Source: a virus. Taken from it: 64,000 bases of DNA. A program made the position numbers and the translations under genes. Shown one piece after another: positions 18,378 to 28,213 of this stretch. The notes below the pieces were generated by a model. That model was not told where the DNA came from and made no database searches. It saw only the letters and a program-made list of their open reading frames with translations. The stretch spans positions 1 to 64,000 of IMG/VR virus record IMGVR_UViG_3300002144_000477; one strand, written 5' to 3'. Numbering within the stretch: the stretch's first letter is position 1; each line of letters opens with the position of its first letter.

Positions 18378-19723
18378 TAAGAAAAGTCCCCATCGTCTAG
18401 TTCGTTAACAGGAGGTAGCCCTAATCGTGCTCTAATAATTGGATCGTCGCCTGTATAAGGAGGAGCATTTGGATCCTGTAGTGCTCTAATTCCGCCTTCT
18501 ACTGCTTTGGATAGCCCCAGTGGATTACTCCACGATCCCAGACTAGTTGGTAACGACGGTGCAAAATTGCTTACTGACTTTAACAAATCAGATCCGAATG
18601 CAGAAGCGTTGCTTAAGAAATCACCGTTACTCGATACATTAGGGCTTAAGCCACCTATCATTCGTGCATTTTGAGCTAGCGCATTATCATCCATACCAGC
18701 AGTGGCTCCGCCTTGGGTCATACCAATGGCACTAGTTACTGTCTTAGACAATGCCGACAACGAAGGCACCTGCATACGATCCAATGGATTTTGCCCTGAC
18801 AGGATATCCTTACCAGCTTGCATTAACTCGGCACCAGCAATTGCGCTGAGATCAGCATTTTTAAAGTTTTGTAACCCTCTACCGCCTTTGAATAATGCAC
18901 TTGCAAAGTTACCTTCGGATAGGTCAGTGACAACACTACTTGCAGTATCTAGCAATCCACCCGGACCAGCAATACTATTAGTCCCGCCGCCTGCCGGGGT
19001 TAGAGGACTCGGCTGATTATCGTAGTGTAATGTAGCAAATCCCTTGACACTTTCTTCTGTTACATAACCTGTTGCATACTTAACTGTTTCGTATGCAATA
19101 GTCATTTCGTGTGTCATTAAATCACTTGCATCCGATCGATGCTCACCGTGCTTAAAACTAGTGATGATCGGGTTAATTAAAATATATTCGCTAAACTGCT
19201 TCTGATGTAAGCTGTATAATCGTATAGCATTAATAAATTGTAATTGCCCATTGGTTGACGGGTAGTCTCTTGGGGTATATCCAAACGTTTGCGCTTGCCT
19301 CGGTTGGTACTTATGGCCTGCACGGTAAACATTTTCGGTATAGTCACTATCGCGATAAAAATACGAATAGTAATCATACCAAAAATTTCTAACTACATCT
19401 GCAGAGTCATCATGAAACGTAATGCGTACTTCATCGTAATTTACTTTTGTTTGCGAAAAGCTAGGTCTGTTGTATGCGTTTGTTTTTTTAACATCAATCT
19501 TAAACGACGGTAATGTTGCGGCTTTCACTAACATACCTAACTCCATCTGCTGTGTACTTGGAGTCTTGGCTATTTCAGGAGCTAAATCAAATGCAACATG
19601 GTACAGAAAACCATACTTTGGACTCAGCTTGTAGGTATCCGCAACAAACAACTTACTTGCATGTTGATAATCCTTTACTGTGTCTCCAGTGGTTAACTGC
19701 TTTAAGAATTGATTAATATTCAT
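18377..19723 (-). CDS. Tail-tube-fold baseplate/tube initiator protein (gp19/gp54-like)
   Basis: LVKAATLPS...NAYNR...YDEVRITFHDD...NPIITS...MTIAYE tube-fold pattern; adjacent to the tube gene. Confidence 0.65.
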   Translation of the reverse strand: MNINQFLKQLTTGDTVKDYQHASKLFVADTYKLSPKYGFLYHVAFDLAPEIAKTPSTQQMELGMLVKAATLPSFKIDVKKTNAYNRPSFSQTKVNYDEVRITFHDDSADVVRNFWYDYYSYFYRDSDYTENVYRAGHKYQPRQAQTFGYTPRDYPSTNGQLQFINAIRLYSLHQKQFSEYILINPIITSFKHGEHRSDASDLMTHEMTIAYETVKYATGYVTEESVKGFATLHYDNQPSPLTPAGGGTNSIAGPGGLLDTASSVVTDLSEGNFASALFKGGRGLQNFKNADLSAIAGAELMQAGKDILSGQNPLDRMQVPSLSALSKTVTSAIGMTQGGATAGMDDNALAQNARMIGGLSPNVSSNGDFLSNASAFGSDLLKSVSNFAPSLPTSLGSWSNPLGLSKAVEGGIRALQDPNAPPYTGDDPIIRARLGLPPVNELDDGDFS

Positions 19724-19738
19724 AACATTATTTATGCC

Positions 19739-19769
19739 AAAAAGAAACCCGGGTTTTTATACCCGGGTT
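19739..19769 (-). terminator. Terminator after tail tube gene
   Basis: AACCCGGGT inverted repeat followed by a T-rich tract on the - strand. Confidence 0.65.
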
Positions 19770-19831
19770 CAAATTTACATGCACAGTAGCAATAGATGCT
19801 AAACTAATATTATTATAAAGCGTCGTCTGGA

Positions 19832-20449
19832 TTATCCAGTGATAGCGCCTGCTACTGTACGTCCTACTAGAGTGCCAACGCCAACACCAACCGGAGATTG
19901 GATAGCATTATCGAATCGAATAGTTAGTTGGATAGTTAAAGGTTCGTTATTATCATATGACATTTCGCCATAATTTACGTTAGACAACATGCAACCATAC
20001 ATTTCCCATGTTTCTAAAATATTAGGTGCTTGGGCACCGTTGCCACCGTCTAATACTTCATAACGAAGCAAGAACTTATAGTCAATGCCACTTGCTGCAC
20101 TAGCTTGTTCCATAAAGTCAAATTGCTTCTGGATCTGTTCACCTACTAGGCGTGCAACTGCACCGCTTGCATCGTCACGCAATGTAACGTTAACTTCTTG
20201 CCACTCCGGTTTACCTTGTAAGTAAACTTTACTGTTGTACGTATCAATTGTAATCGGGTTAAAGCTAACTTGCGGACGACTAATACTTACTACTTGTTTG
20301 GTTAATTCTGATTTCGGCTGACCAACGCCAAAGTTATCGAAACTTGCACGGAATCGATAGCTTAGTTTTGGCATTAACAAACCTTGCGACGATGCACTTT
20401 GGTCTGTAGCCAATGGAACTGTAAATTTTGTTAAACTTGCAACTGACAT
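19832..20449 (-). CDS. gp19: Tail tube protein (gp19-like)
   Basis: Follows sheath; PKLSYRFR, GKPEWQ.V..TLRDD, WEMYGC, LTIRFDNA; AGGAG SD and late promoter. Confidence 0.85.
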   Translation of the reverse strand: MSVASLTKFTVPLATDQSASSQGLLMPKLSYRFRASFDNFGVGQPKSELTKQVVSISRPQVSFNPITIDTYNSKVYLQGKPEWQEVNVTLRDDASGAVARLVGEQIQKQFDFMEQASAASGIDYKFLLRYEVLDGGNGAQAPNILETWEMYGCMLSNVNYGEMSYDNNEPLTIQLTIRFDNAIQSPVGVGVGTLVGRTVAGAITG

Positions 20450-20536
20450 GTTTTTATCTCCTGTTACAGATATTTATCTGTATTACTGTAGTTAATGAAA
20501 GCCTTTCAACTTTCATTAACTGTACAGTTAATTACT

Positions 20537-23500
20537 TTATACACCTGCGGCAATATCGCCTGGGTTCTTTAAGCGGATTGGAATATAGATAAACTCAACC
20601 GCCTTCATCGGCTCAATAGCTACATCAACGTACAACTCATTACGTGCAATACGTGTCGGTGTATTATTAGAATCGTCACATACAACTAGGTAATCGTAAA
20701 TACCACGTTTAGCAACTAAATCGTTTAATGCACCTTCAATGATGTTCTTAATTTGATCGCGTGTGATTTTATCATTCGGTTCAAACAAGAATGCATTGCC
20801 TGCGTTAGCAAGGATTGTACGAATGTAGTTTACTAGTCGCGCTACGTTTACACGATCCAATGAACTTGCTACTGGGTTGCGTGTCTTTTGACCCCAACAT
20901 ACTAAACCAACGCCTGGTAGGATAGTAAATGGGTTAACACGGTTTTCGTATAATGCATCACGTAATCCATTGTTAATGCCGTTGCGTACAAAGCCGCCTG
21001 TTTTGCTGTTAACATAACCAATATCAGCGGCGTTATCAATCAATCCGCGACGTACGCCAGCTGGTGCGAACCACTGATAGCTTACGTTGTCGTTGCGTAC
21101 AAATGTACGTAGCGCCATATGACTTGGAGGAACGACTACTGTGTTTCCGCTCAAATCATTTGTCCTGCCACTTGGGTAATAAACTGCTAAGTACGGATCA
21201 GCAGTGCTTAAGCCTGTACCATCTGTATTATTTGCCCAATTTGCAATAGACACGCTGTTAGCAGGGAGTGTCATTGGTGTATCACCGATAACAAACGCAG
21301 TATTCCTACGATCGTTGTTTAGTGCGACCATATTAGGGATAACCTCAGGGAAGCCTGGTGCAGTAATTAAGTTAAACGCAAACTGTTCTTCGCGAATCTG
21401 GGTATTTGCATCAACCGCTGCTTTCATAGCCTTAACAACCATGTTGCGCTGAGCCAGCGATCCCATAAATGGTGCGCCGCTATCCTTTAAGCCACTGACA
21501 CTAATCCATGCATCAGTTACACTTGGCATATCCTCGCCTGGGAAACTATCTTCGTTGAAGTAGCTGCTAACGAATTTCTTAACATTGTAACCACTACGAC
21601 GAGTGTTCCACAACAGTGTCCCACGTGGGTATAGCTTGTAGTTAGGTGCATCTAAGTCTAAGTAGTTGCTTGTTGTTAAGTCTTTGATACTTGGTAAATT
21701 ACCAGCAACAACATCGGTTGTGCCGTCAGTGTCCCATCGTGCATCAGCAAATACGATACCGTTTTGGCTAAAACGGTCAGTTGCATCAATTGCAACCCAC
21801 TGTTTAGCATCATTGTAACGATATACCTTAGGGAAGTTCTCTAAATCGCTAGTGTCCAGCCACAAATCACCTGCAACTAGTGCGGTGTTATCACTTTGTG
21901 ATGTTGGCTTAGTTGCTGTTACAATAACGCCGCCTGGATCAGTATTTGTTAAGTTGTAGCCGCGAGCATCGTTTGCAAGATTGCGGTAGCCTTTCCAGCC
22001 GTTATCATTAACCATGATGTCAACTGTTGTTGCATCGCCGTAGTACCAATATGTGTTGTCAGCTGGAGCTTTGTACGGTGTTGTAAACCCTACTTCGTAC
22101 TCTAACCACGACCATGGAGATAAGCTAATGTTACCTTTGCCATCGTCCATGTGTGTAGCAGGAGTAAATCCGGCACCATAAACCATTGTACCAGTTGTGT
22201 CACGCAGTACAATAATACCACCTGTTTCGTGTGTTAGCGTAATAGTATTGCCTTTGGCTGACGCACTAACTTCAGGAATACCAACTGCTGAGAAACGAGT
22301 TACCCAGTCTGCAGCAGTAGTTACAGTTTCGTTAAAGGTTAGTTGGTATCCAAACAACGTATCAAATCCGCTACGTGAGACGTTTACAGTGAATACGCCA
22401 CCACCTGCTAATCCAGTAACTGTGCCTGATTGAATCGTTTTGCCCTGGACGTTACGGACTGCTAGTCGTATAGATGACTGATATCCAGTGGATGTTACAT
22501 CGGTATCGTCAGCTGACGCAATTCCAACAACAGTGCCGTACGGAATGCTAAAGCCGTTTGCAAACGGATCAAGTGCGTAACTTGCTTTTACCATATCTGC
22601 AGCAACAACGACTGCCTGGGCCACCCAAGTGTTAGCGTCGCTGTTATATTTCTTAACTGCTAAGTTTACACCTGCCCCAATTGAGGTAGTCTTGACATAT
22701 ACAGATCCAGTTGGACGAGGCACACTGTCAGATGCTCTCCATGCCGGAATATCAATATACGATGCATACGAAACTGTTGGACTGTTATAATCACCAGCAA
22801 CAATGCCTAACTCTCCGAGCAAGTCGCCACTTAAGTTTACAATCGAAATTACACCATCAGCTGTGAATCCATCGCTTGTGGCGGTTGAATCTGCAAATAG
22901 TTGCAATGTACCAGATGCTGTTACTTTTGCAACAACTCCGGTTAATCCCGCAGCGAGTGTAATGTCTTGTGCTAGGTCAGTAACTGACGTTCCAGATACC
23001 GTCTGCACAGTAACACCGTTTAACGAAATAGACGAGCCAAGTGTTAACACTGGGTTTAACTCTGTAGATTCAACGGTTGGGTGATGTAGCTGCCATGAAT
23101 CGTCGCCAACTGGATTCCAATATCCAGTTGGCCCTTTGTGGAATAATTGGTTAGCAGCTAAGCCGTAGTCGGCGTTGACTGTAACAATTGCAAAGTCGCC
23201 GTTTTCGCCAATATAGCCATTTGGATAGTTGCCTGCTCCGGATACATCTGCTAGGTCTGTTACAAGAATTGGTGTACGCTTAATAAATTGCCCGGTTGCG
23301 GCTTGCCATTCATACACGCCCCAATCAGTTGTGTTTAAATCTAACCAATGGGTTCCGTTGTCTGCTTTACCAACTGGTCGAATGCTTGTTGCTTCTAACT
23401 CAGCTAAGTTAACATCGGCACGGATTGAGTATAAACGATTAGTTAAACCTAATGTGCTATACGCCGCTAATAAGCCGTATTCATTCAATGCTGTTCCATG

Positions 23501-23746
23501 GATCGGAGTTCCACTTGCAGACTGCTTAAAGATCGGTGCGCCTAACTGTGTTACTAGCTCACGTTGGCTAGTAAATACCTGCAATGCAGCCGCATTCTCT
23601 TTTGTTGTGCCAGCGGCGGTAGCACCGTTCGCTGTTTTATCTTGTTCTGTTGCTAGGAATACTAGAGGTACTGTTCCAACTGCGCCAGGTATATAGGCGC
23701 TTTCGTCTGTTACAGATAACTCTAAACCTGGTGAGATCAATGCCAT
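20537..23746 (-). CDS. gp18: Contractile tail sheath protein (gp18-like), enlarged
   Basis: MALISPG..VTDES; WFAPAGVRRG, LYENRVNP, WGQKT, DRVNVARL, FEPND, CDDSNNT, EFIYI. Confidence 0.95.
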   Translation of the reverse strand: MALISPGLELSVTDESAYIPGAVGTVPLVFLATEQDKTANGATAAGTTKENAAALQVFTSQRELVTQLGAPIFKQSASGTPIHGTALNEYGLLAAYSTLGLTNRLYSIRADVNLAELEATSIRPVGKADNGTHWLDLNTTDWGVYEWQAATGQFIKRTPILVTDLADVSGAGNYPNGYIGENGDFAIVTVNADYGLAANQLFHKGPTGYWNPVGDDSWQLHHPTVESTELNPVLTLGSSISLNGVTVQTVSGTSVTDLAQDITLAAGLTGVVAKVTASGTLQLFADSTATSDGFTADGVISIVNLSGDLLGELGIVAGDYNSPTVSYASYIDIPAWRASDSVPRPTGSVYVKTTSIGAGVNLAVKKYNSDANTWVAQAVVVAADMVKASYALDPFANGFSIPYGTVVGIASADDTDVTSTGYQSSIRLAVRNVQGKTIQSGTVTGLAGGGVFTVNVSRSGFDTLFGYQLTFNETVTTAADWVTRFSAVGIPEVSASAKGNTITLTHETGGIIVLRDTTGTMVYGAGFTPATHMDDGKGNISLSPWSWLEYEVGFTTPYKAPADNTYWYYGDATTVDIMVNDNGWKGYRNLANDARGYNLTNTDPGGVIVTATKPTSQSDNTALVAGDLWLDTSDLENFPKVYRYNDAKQWVAIDATDRFSQNGIVFADARWDTDGTTDVVAGNLPSIKDLTTSNYLDLDAPNYKLYPRGTLLWNTRRSGYNVKKFVSSYFNEDSFPGEDMPSVTDAWISVSGLKDSGAPFMGSLAQRNMVVKAMKAAVDANTQIREEQFAFNLITAPGFPEVIPNMVALNNDRRNTAFVIGDTPMTLPANSVSIANWANNTDGTGLSTADPYLAVYYPSGRTNDLSGNTVVVPPSHMALRTFVRNDNVSYQWFAPAGVRRGLIDNAADIGYVNSKTGGFVRNGINNGLRDALYENRVNPFTILPGVGLVCWGQKTRNPVASSLDRVNVARLVNYIRTILANAGNAFLFEPNDKITRDQIKNIIEGALNDLVAKRGIYDYLVVCDDSNNTPTRIARNELYVDVAIEPMKAVEFIYIPIRLKNPGDIAAGV

Positions 23747-23900
23747 CTTTTTTCTTCCTTATCATAAGTAATATCTTTGAATGCAACGCAGAATGCCAAC
23801 ACCCAATTCACTTAAATGTATTTATTTGGGGCAGGCAAAAAACCGTCAGTTACGGTGCCCTTAATTAAGGTTTGCCCCGTAAGACGTGGTAAATAGTAGT

Positions 23901-24251
23901 ATGAATTACCGACCTCTTTGCCCTATTTGCGACGATAGACCCGTAGCAGTAAATTGCCGTAAGGGCGATCGGGTATATTATCGTAAGCTATGCGACCCTT
24001 GTAGCCGGAAGGGAAAAAAGCTAAAGCCTGCGGCACCGCAATGGTACCGATTCGGGTATCGTAAAAAACCGCATTGTGATAAGTGCGGCTTTAAGGCTAG
24101 ATACAACAAACAACTAACGGTGTTTCATGTCGACGGGAATCTGTCCAATGTAGACGAATTCAATCTCCGTACAATCTGTGCAAACTGTAAAATAGAGTTA
24201 CACGAGTCTAAAACTCAATGGAAATCAAGCACTAACATTAGCAATTTCTAA
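23901..24251 (+). CDS. Zn-finger/HNH-like small protein
   Basis: CPIC, CDPC, CDKC, HVDGN..N...NLRTICANC; TAAATA 5 nt upstream of the ATG. Confidence 0.7.
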   Translation: MNYRPLCPICDDRPVAVNCRKGDRVYYRKLCDPCSRKGKKLKPAAPQWYRFGYRKKPHCDKCGFKARYNKQLTVFHVDGNLSNVDEFNLRTICANCKIELHESKTQWKSSTNISNF

Positions 24252-24899
24252 TTGGGTAAGTTTTAAATTAATAAGTTGATGTAACTCATTTAACGTTCCG
24301 TTATTGTTAATAGTGATATCAAATTCGCTGGTGTGCCTTGCCCAACTCCACTCGCTAGCATGTACCTCAGGATAAGCAACTTCCATATGATCACCTGAGT
24401 CAAAAACAATACGCTCCCCATCTTTACCGGCTGCATTAGTTTTAACTGCATTAGCCCACCATGTTGGCATTTCGCCTCTGCGTACAAATATTATCTTTCC
24501 GCTGATATCACGGATTGCATTAATTTCATTCGGAAACCGCACATCCGGCACTACAAAGTTTGTAGTAGGATTTGCTAGGACTCGTTGTTTTAGCAAACTT
24601 ACCCATATCCCATCGTAAAATCCATTACGCATACAGTCGGTGCCGAATAGTTGTAGCACTAGACGTGGTGTAATTTCTTTGCTAGTTTCTGCGGTCCAAA
24701 AGGTGTCGGGCTCTTCCCTCCACAATCGTGACTCTGGCGTATCGCCTTCAAGTAACGTTCTATCCCAGTCGAATAGTGTTGCTACTGCATCTTTAAGTTT
24801 ATCCGCAAAGCTAATTTTTTGATAAGCATGCTCACTAACCAAATAGTCAGCCACTGTGCCTTTACCGCTACCAATTAATCCGCAAATTCCGATAATCAT
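24225..24899 (-). CDS. Deoxynucleoside monophosphate kinase (T4 gp1-like)
   Basis: IIGICGLIGSGKGT, SFADKLKD, TPRLVLQLFGTD, DVRFPNE, HASE. Confidence 0.92.
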   Translation of the reverse strand: MIIGICGLIGSGKGTVADYLVSEHAYQKISFADKLKDAVATLFDWDRTLLEGDTPESRLWREEPDTFWTAETSKEITPRLVLQLFGTDCMRNGFYDGIWVSLLKQRVLANPTTNFVVPDVRFPNEINAIRDISGKIIFVRRGEMPTWWANAVKTNAAGKDGERIVFDSGDHMEVAYPEVHASEWSWARHTSEFDITINNNGTLNELHQLINLKLTQLEIANVSA

Positions 24900-24925
24900 A
24901 AAAAAACTCCATGTGTAATACAGTT

Positions 24926-24954
24926 AGTATACAACATAGAGTTTGTATTGTCAA
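24926..24954 (-). promoter_or_regulatory. sigma70 promoter for dNMP kinase
   Basis: TTGACA-N17-TATACT. Confidence 0.8.
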
Positions 24955-24962
24955 GCAGTACG

Positions 24963-25259
24963 TTATCGTTTTTTAATAGCGTTTAGCATCTGAATTAATC
25001 TGCTAGTAGGGTTTACCCTTTTTGTTTTTTTAGCTTTTCTTGCTTGTTTAAGTTTAGTATTTGCACGAGTAACTTTCATCTTGGCACGTTTAGCTAGATC
25101 AATAGGCTGACTGCAATCGAGTACATGAGGAACCACCCTACCTTGGCGCTGGCCAGTGGTGCAACGCCACTTCATCACTGGTCCTTTTTTGGACTTGGCC
25201 CATACTAGCTCGTGCTCGTTTAAGCCATTATCTTCAGGTAAAAACTCGTATGCCCGCAT
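24963..25259 (-). CDS. Basic hypothetical protein
   Basis: MRAYEFLPE start (CTS-like); K/R-rich. Confidence 0.6.
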   Translation of the reverse strand: MRAYEFLPEDNGLNEHELVWAKSKKGPVMKWRCTTGQRQGRVVPHVLDCSQPIDLAKRAKMKVTRANTKLKQARKAKKTKRVNPTSRLIQMLNAIKKR

Positions 25260-25264
25260 TGTTA

Positions 25265-26134
25265 TTACCCTGTAATCCATGTCAACGGCATGCCGCCATC
25301 AACGTAATCTTTTAGTTCTTGCTCAAGTGCCGCTATCTCAGTAATCGCTTCACTTACTAGTGACGGGCCGTTTAGCGCTGTGCCTCCAGACGGGCCTGCA
25401 ATACTAGCAAATTTACTACGGGCTTCGCCTAGTATACGTTTAGCAACAGAGTATGCATATTCTTGGATCCATGGGTATACCATGTGATCGTTTAACAACA
25501 TAATATCTGGTTTGTAGTTATCAATTAACAAGCCAATTGTTTCCTCAGACCCAACTGGAATCTTACGTAAGATTGTTAATTTTTTAGTTGAGTTGTTCCA
25601 CTGGAACTGCATATATCCGCCAAACATCGTCATTGCTAATTCTTGGTACTGCGAATATAGTTCATAACTTAGTAGTCCGCCGACACGACCTGCAACTAGC
25701 ATGTAGGTGTTCATATATCCTGCAGAGAATGGCTCAAATTGAGTAGCAGTATTACCGGTGACACTACCAATTCCCCGACGGTAAATGCTCCGAACATGCA
25801 TTATCTCTTTCGGTAACACGTACTCTTGTGTTTCTGGTAATAGTGTTAAAAACGCATGGCTTTGTTCTACTGCATTCGAACTACGCTGTCTGTACTTCTG
25901 CAATGCTGTAGTAACTGCTAAGTCGTAATGTTCTTTATCGAGTTCTACATCCACTAGCCCGTCGCCTAGTTTTAATCGGATGTATGTTTCAATTTGGGCA
26001 CGTAACGAATTAGCGGTAGTCATACCAGACTGATCAAACTCAATTTGACCTGCGCCTGTACCGGTTAGTGGGTCATATAGTGTATCAGCAACTAGGGTGC
26101 CGTCTGCGTTTAAACCAGTTTTAAGTGTAGCCAT
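25265..26134 (-). CDS. gp13: Neck protein (gp13-like)
   Basis: LKLG..LVDVEL..E, WIQEY..A..K..LG..RSKF..I.GP.GG..LNG. Confidence 0.85.
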   Translation of the reverse strand: MATLKTGLNADGTLVADTLYDPLTGTGAGQIEFDQSGMTTANSLRAQIETYIRLKLGDGLVDVELDKEHYDLAVTTALQKYRQRSSNAVEQSHAFLTLLPETQEYVLPKEIMHVRSIYRRGIGSVTGNTATQFEPFSAGYMNTYMLVAGRVGGLLSYELYSQYQELAMTMFGGYMQFQWNNSTKKLTILRKIPVGSEETIGLLIDNYKPDIMLLNDHMVYPWIQEYAYSVAKRILGEARSKFASIAGPSGGTALNGPSLVSEAITEIAALEQELKDYVDGGMPLTWITG

Positions 26135-26139
26135 TAGTA

Positions 26140-26175
26140 AATCCTGCTAAATGTTCTATTGTATTTAGCAGGATT
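26140..26175 (-). promoter_or_regulatory. 13-bp inverted repeat linking the late promoter and the RBS of the neck gene
   Basis: AATCCTGCTAAAT/ATTTAGCAGGATT; TAAATA in the distal arm, AGGA SD in the proximal arm. Confidence 0.75.
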
Positions 26176-26182
26176 CAAATCG

Positions 26183-27445
26183 TTATTGGACTTTAAGAAG
26201 GAGAGTATCTGTGTTAATTCGTCCGGTAAGTTTAGTGTCAGTGGTCTTAACCGATTCCATAAATTTGCGCAATTGTATTTTGCCTACTTTAGCAAACTCC
26301 GCTAGTTGTTCATTAGGTTTACGCAACGTCTTCTGTACACTACCTACTTCCGTGAAGTTTTCGATAGTTGTTCCTTTAACACTAAGCCCACTGGAGTTCA
26401 ACGAAACATACTTGCCAAGTTTACGAGTTTTTACATTGAAAACCCACAGCTCGCTCGCGCCTAGAATATCAACCGGGTTAATGCTTGCAACCTTTAAACT
26501 TGTGTCATCTTTAAGATACTTAAGTTTAGTCACTAGCTTTTCTTTACTCGGTGCTTTCTTAATACGTGCTTTACGAGCAGTCTTTTTAAGTGCTGAGAAG
26601 CTGTCACAATCGGCTAATACAGAGTCATACCAATTAATTGCCCGCTTAAAATCAGAGGCTTTCATATGACTATATGCTTCTTTACACTGCTCGTCACCTT
26701 TTTTAGCTAGTGCCCAGTCATCCTCTAAACTAGTTTTAAATTTAGAAAAATGATCTGCTACCATACTAATTTTTGCTTGCGGTAGATTCTCGTCCTGAAA
26801 CAGCTTGTATGCCTCAGGAGGGGTGTTACCGCCTAAGATAATATTATCGTACCGCCCTTCGAGTTCGCCGATTATTTCACTTACTTTTTCATTGAGCCGA
26901 TCCTGGATAGTAGGCTTCTTGTAAACAACTGCATTGCCAGCTTGGCGTGCGAGCTCTTTTTCTTCTGCTTCTTTTCGAGCAACTAACGGCATGCCTACTT
27001 TAATTACTTCTTGTAGCACTTTATGCAGGTGCTCGCTAACAGGTTTAATCTCGCCGGACGTGCCAGCTAAACTTTCCCAATACTCAGCATGAGCTTTATG
27101 ATAGTCCGGCATACCGTTTACTAACATGCGAGCAAGGTAACAGGTTGAGATATTAATTTTGTGATTTGGTGCGGCTTTTGCGGCTTTAATATCCACAGGT
27201 GTATAATCATTGTCCTTCATCCATGTCCATAGATGCGGCATAAGGTCTGCTGATTTAAAATACTCGTAGTAAAAGTCTGCGGCTCTACGTCGACTGCTAT
27301 GGAATGTTGCACCATCCCACTCCAACGCACCTTCCCATGAAGGTTCTATTATTTTCGCGCCGCGCCTGGGTGCTGAATATTTAATCTTAGGCTTCTTCGG
27401 CGCTTTAACGATAGTCTTACGTGTTGTTTTTGCTGACGTGGCCAT
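26183..27445 (-). CDS. Hypothetical early protein
   Basis: 420 aa, basic termini; consensus sigma70 promoter; GGAG SD. Confidence 0.7.
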   Translation of the reverse strand: MATSAKTTRKTIVKAPKKPKIKYSAPRRGAKIIEPSWEGALEWDGATFHSSRRRAADFYYEYFKSADLMPHLWTWMKDNDYTPVDIKAAKAAPNHKINISTCYLARMLVNGMPDYHKAHAEYWESLAGTSGEIKPVSEHLHKVLQEVIKVGMPLVARKEAEEKELARQAGNAVVYKKPTIQDRLNEKVSEIIGELEGRYDNIILGGNTPPEAYKLFQDENLPQAKISMVADHFSKFKTSLEDDWALAKKGDEQCKEAYSHMKASDFKRAINWYDSVLADCDSFSALKKTARKARIKKAPSKEKLVTKLKYLKDDTSLKVASINPVDILGASELWVFNVKTRKLGKYVSLNSSGLSVKGTTIENFTEVGSVQKTLRKPNEQLAEFAKVGKIQLRKFMESVKTTDTKLTGRINTDTLLLKVQ

Positions 27446-27479
27446 ACAAACTACTCCAAAATTATGTTGAACTCATACT

Positions 27480-27508
27480 ATTATAACAGTAGTTACCTCA
27501 GGTGTCAA
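27480..27508 (-). promoter_or_regulatory. sigma70 early promoter
   Basis: TTGACA-N17-TATAAT with extended -10 TG. Confidence 0.9.
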
Positions 27509-27565
27509 CTAGTTACTTTAGTTGTACCGATTTGGCTAGGCTCCGTTGGGGTACTCTAACTCGCA

Positions 27566-27769
27566 TTAGACTAACTCCGATTCAACCTTATCACATGCTT
27601 TTTCAAAGCATTCATAGTATACACCGACGCACTGTTTAGTTGGATTGACACGCATAAACACATCAGCATCCACAAAATTCCAGTTAATAAACCCGTTGTC
27701 GTCAATGTTATCGGTAGTGTTAACCGCTTCACGCACATACTGCTCAACTACCCGGTAAAAATCATTCAT
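27566..27769 (-). CDS. Small early hypothetical protein
   Basis: 67 aa, INWNFVDAD motif; own promoter; AAGG SD. Confidence 0.7.
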   Translation of the reverse strand: MNDFYRVVEQYVREAVNTTDNIDDNGFINWNFVDADVFMRVNPTKQCVGVYYECFEKACDKVESELV

Positions 27770-27802
27770 AGTGTATACCTTGTTTTGTTAGTGTATGTGT
27801 AT

Positions 27803-27831
27803 ATTATACTGCTATCTTACCAAAAGGTCAA
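27803..27831 (-). promoter_or_regulatory. sigma70 early promoter
   Basis: TTGACC-N17-TATAAT followed by an AC-rich leader. Confidence 0.8.
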
Positions 27832-28055
27832 CCTTTTTTTGGCGGATTTTTAGTTTTTTTGTACATTAGCTCGTAGTGAGCATCTTTGTAGCTCTTATCT
27901 GCAATTAGATAGAGTATAAGGATTACAATTAATAATCCAAATCCTGCAATATATTCGCTGAATATCCATTTACCCAATATAATAATGCTAACAATTACAA
28001 CTAATAACAATATGCAAATGGATAAATTTTTTAAAAAATGTTTAATGAATATCAT
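27828..28055 (-). CDS. Putative two-TM membrane protein
   Basis: Two hydrophobic stretches and a basic tail; low GC; start uncertain. Confidence 0.4.
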   Translation of the reverse strand: MIFIKHFLKNLSICILLLVVIVSIIILGKWIFSEYIAGFGLLIVILILYLIADKSYKDAHYELMYKKTKNPPKKG

Positions 28056-28213
28056 CTTGTATGTAATACACAATATAAGGAAAGTCTGCCTGCACGGGCT
28101 TAATGTCAACTACTTAGCAATATTAAGTAGTCGACAGATTAAATTCTGGTAAAGAAGAACAGATGCATCCAATTTGGCGATAAATAATAGCATTATTACA
28201 GGGATATTAGATC

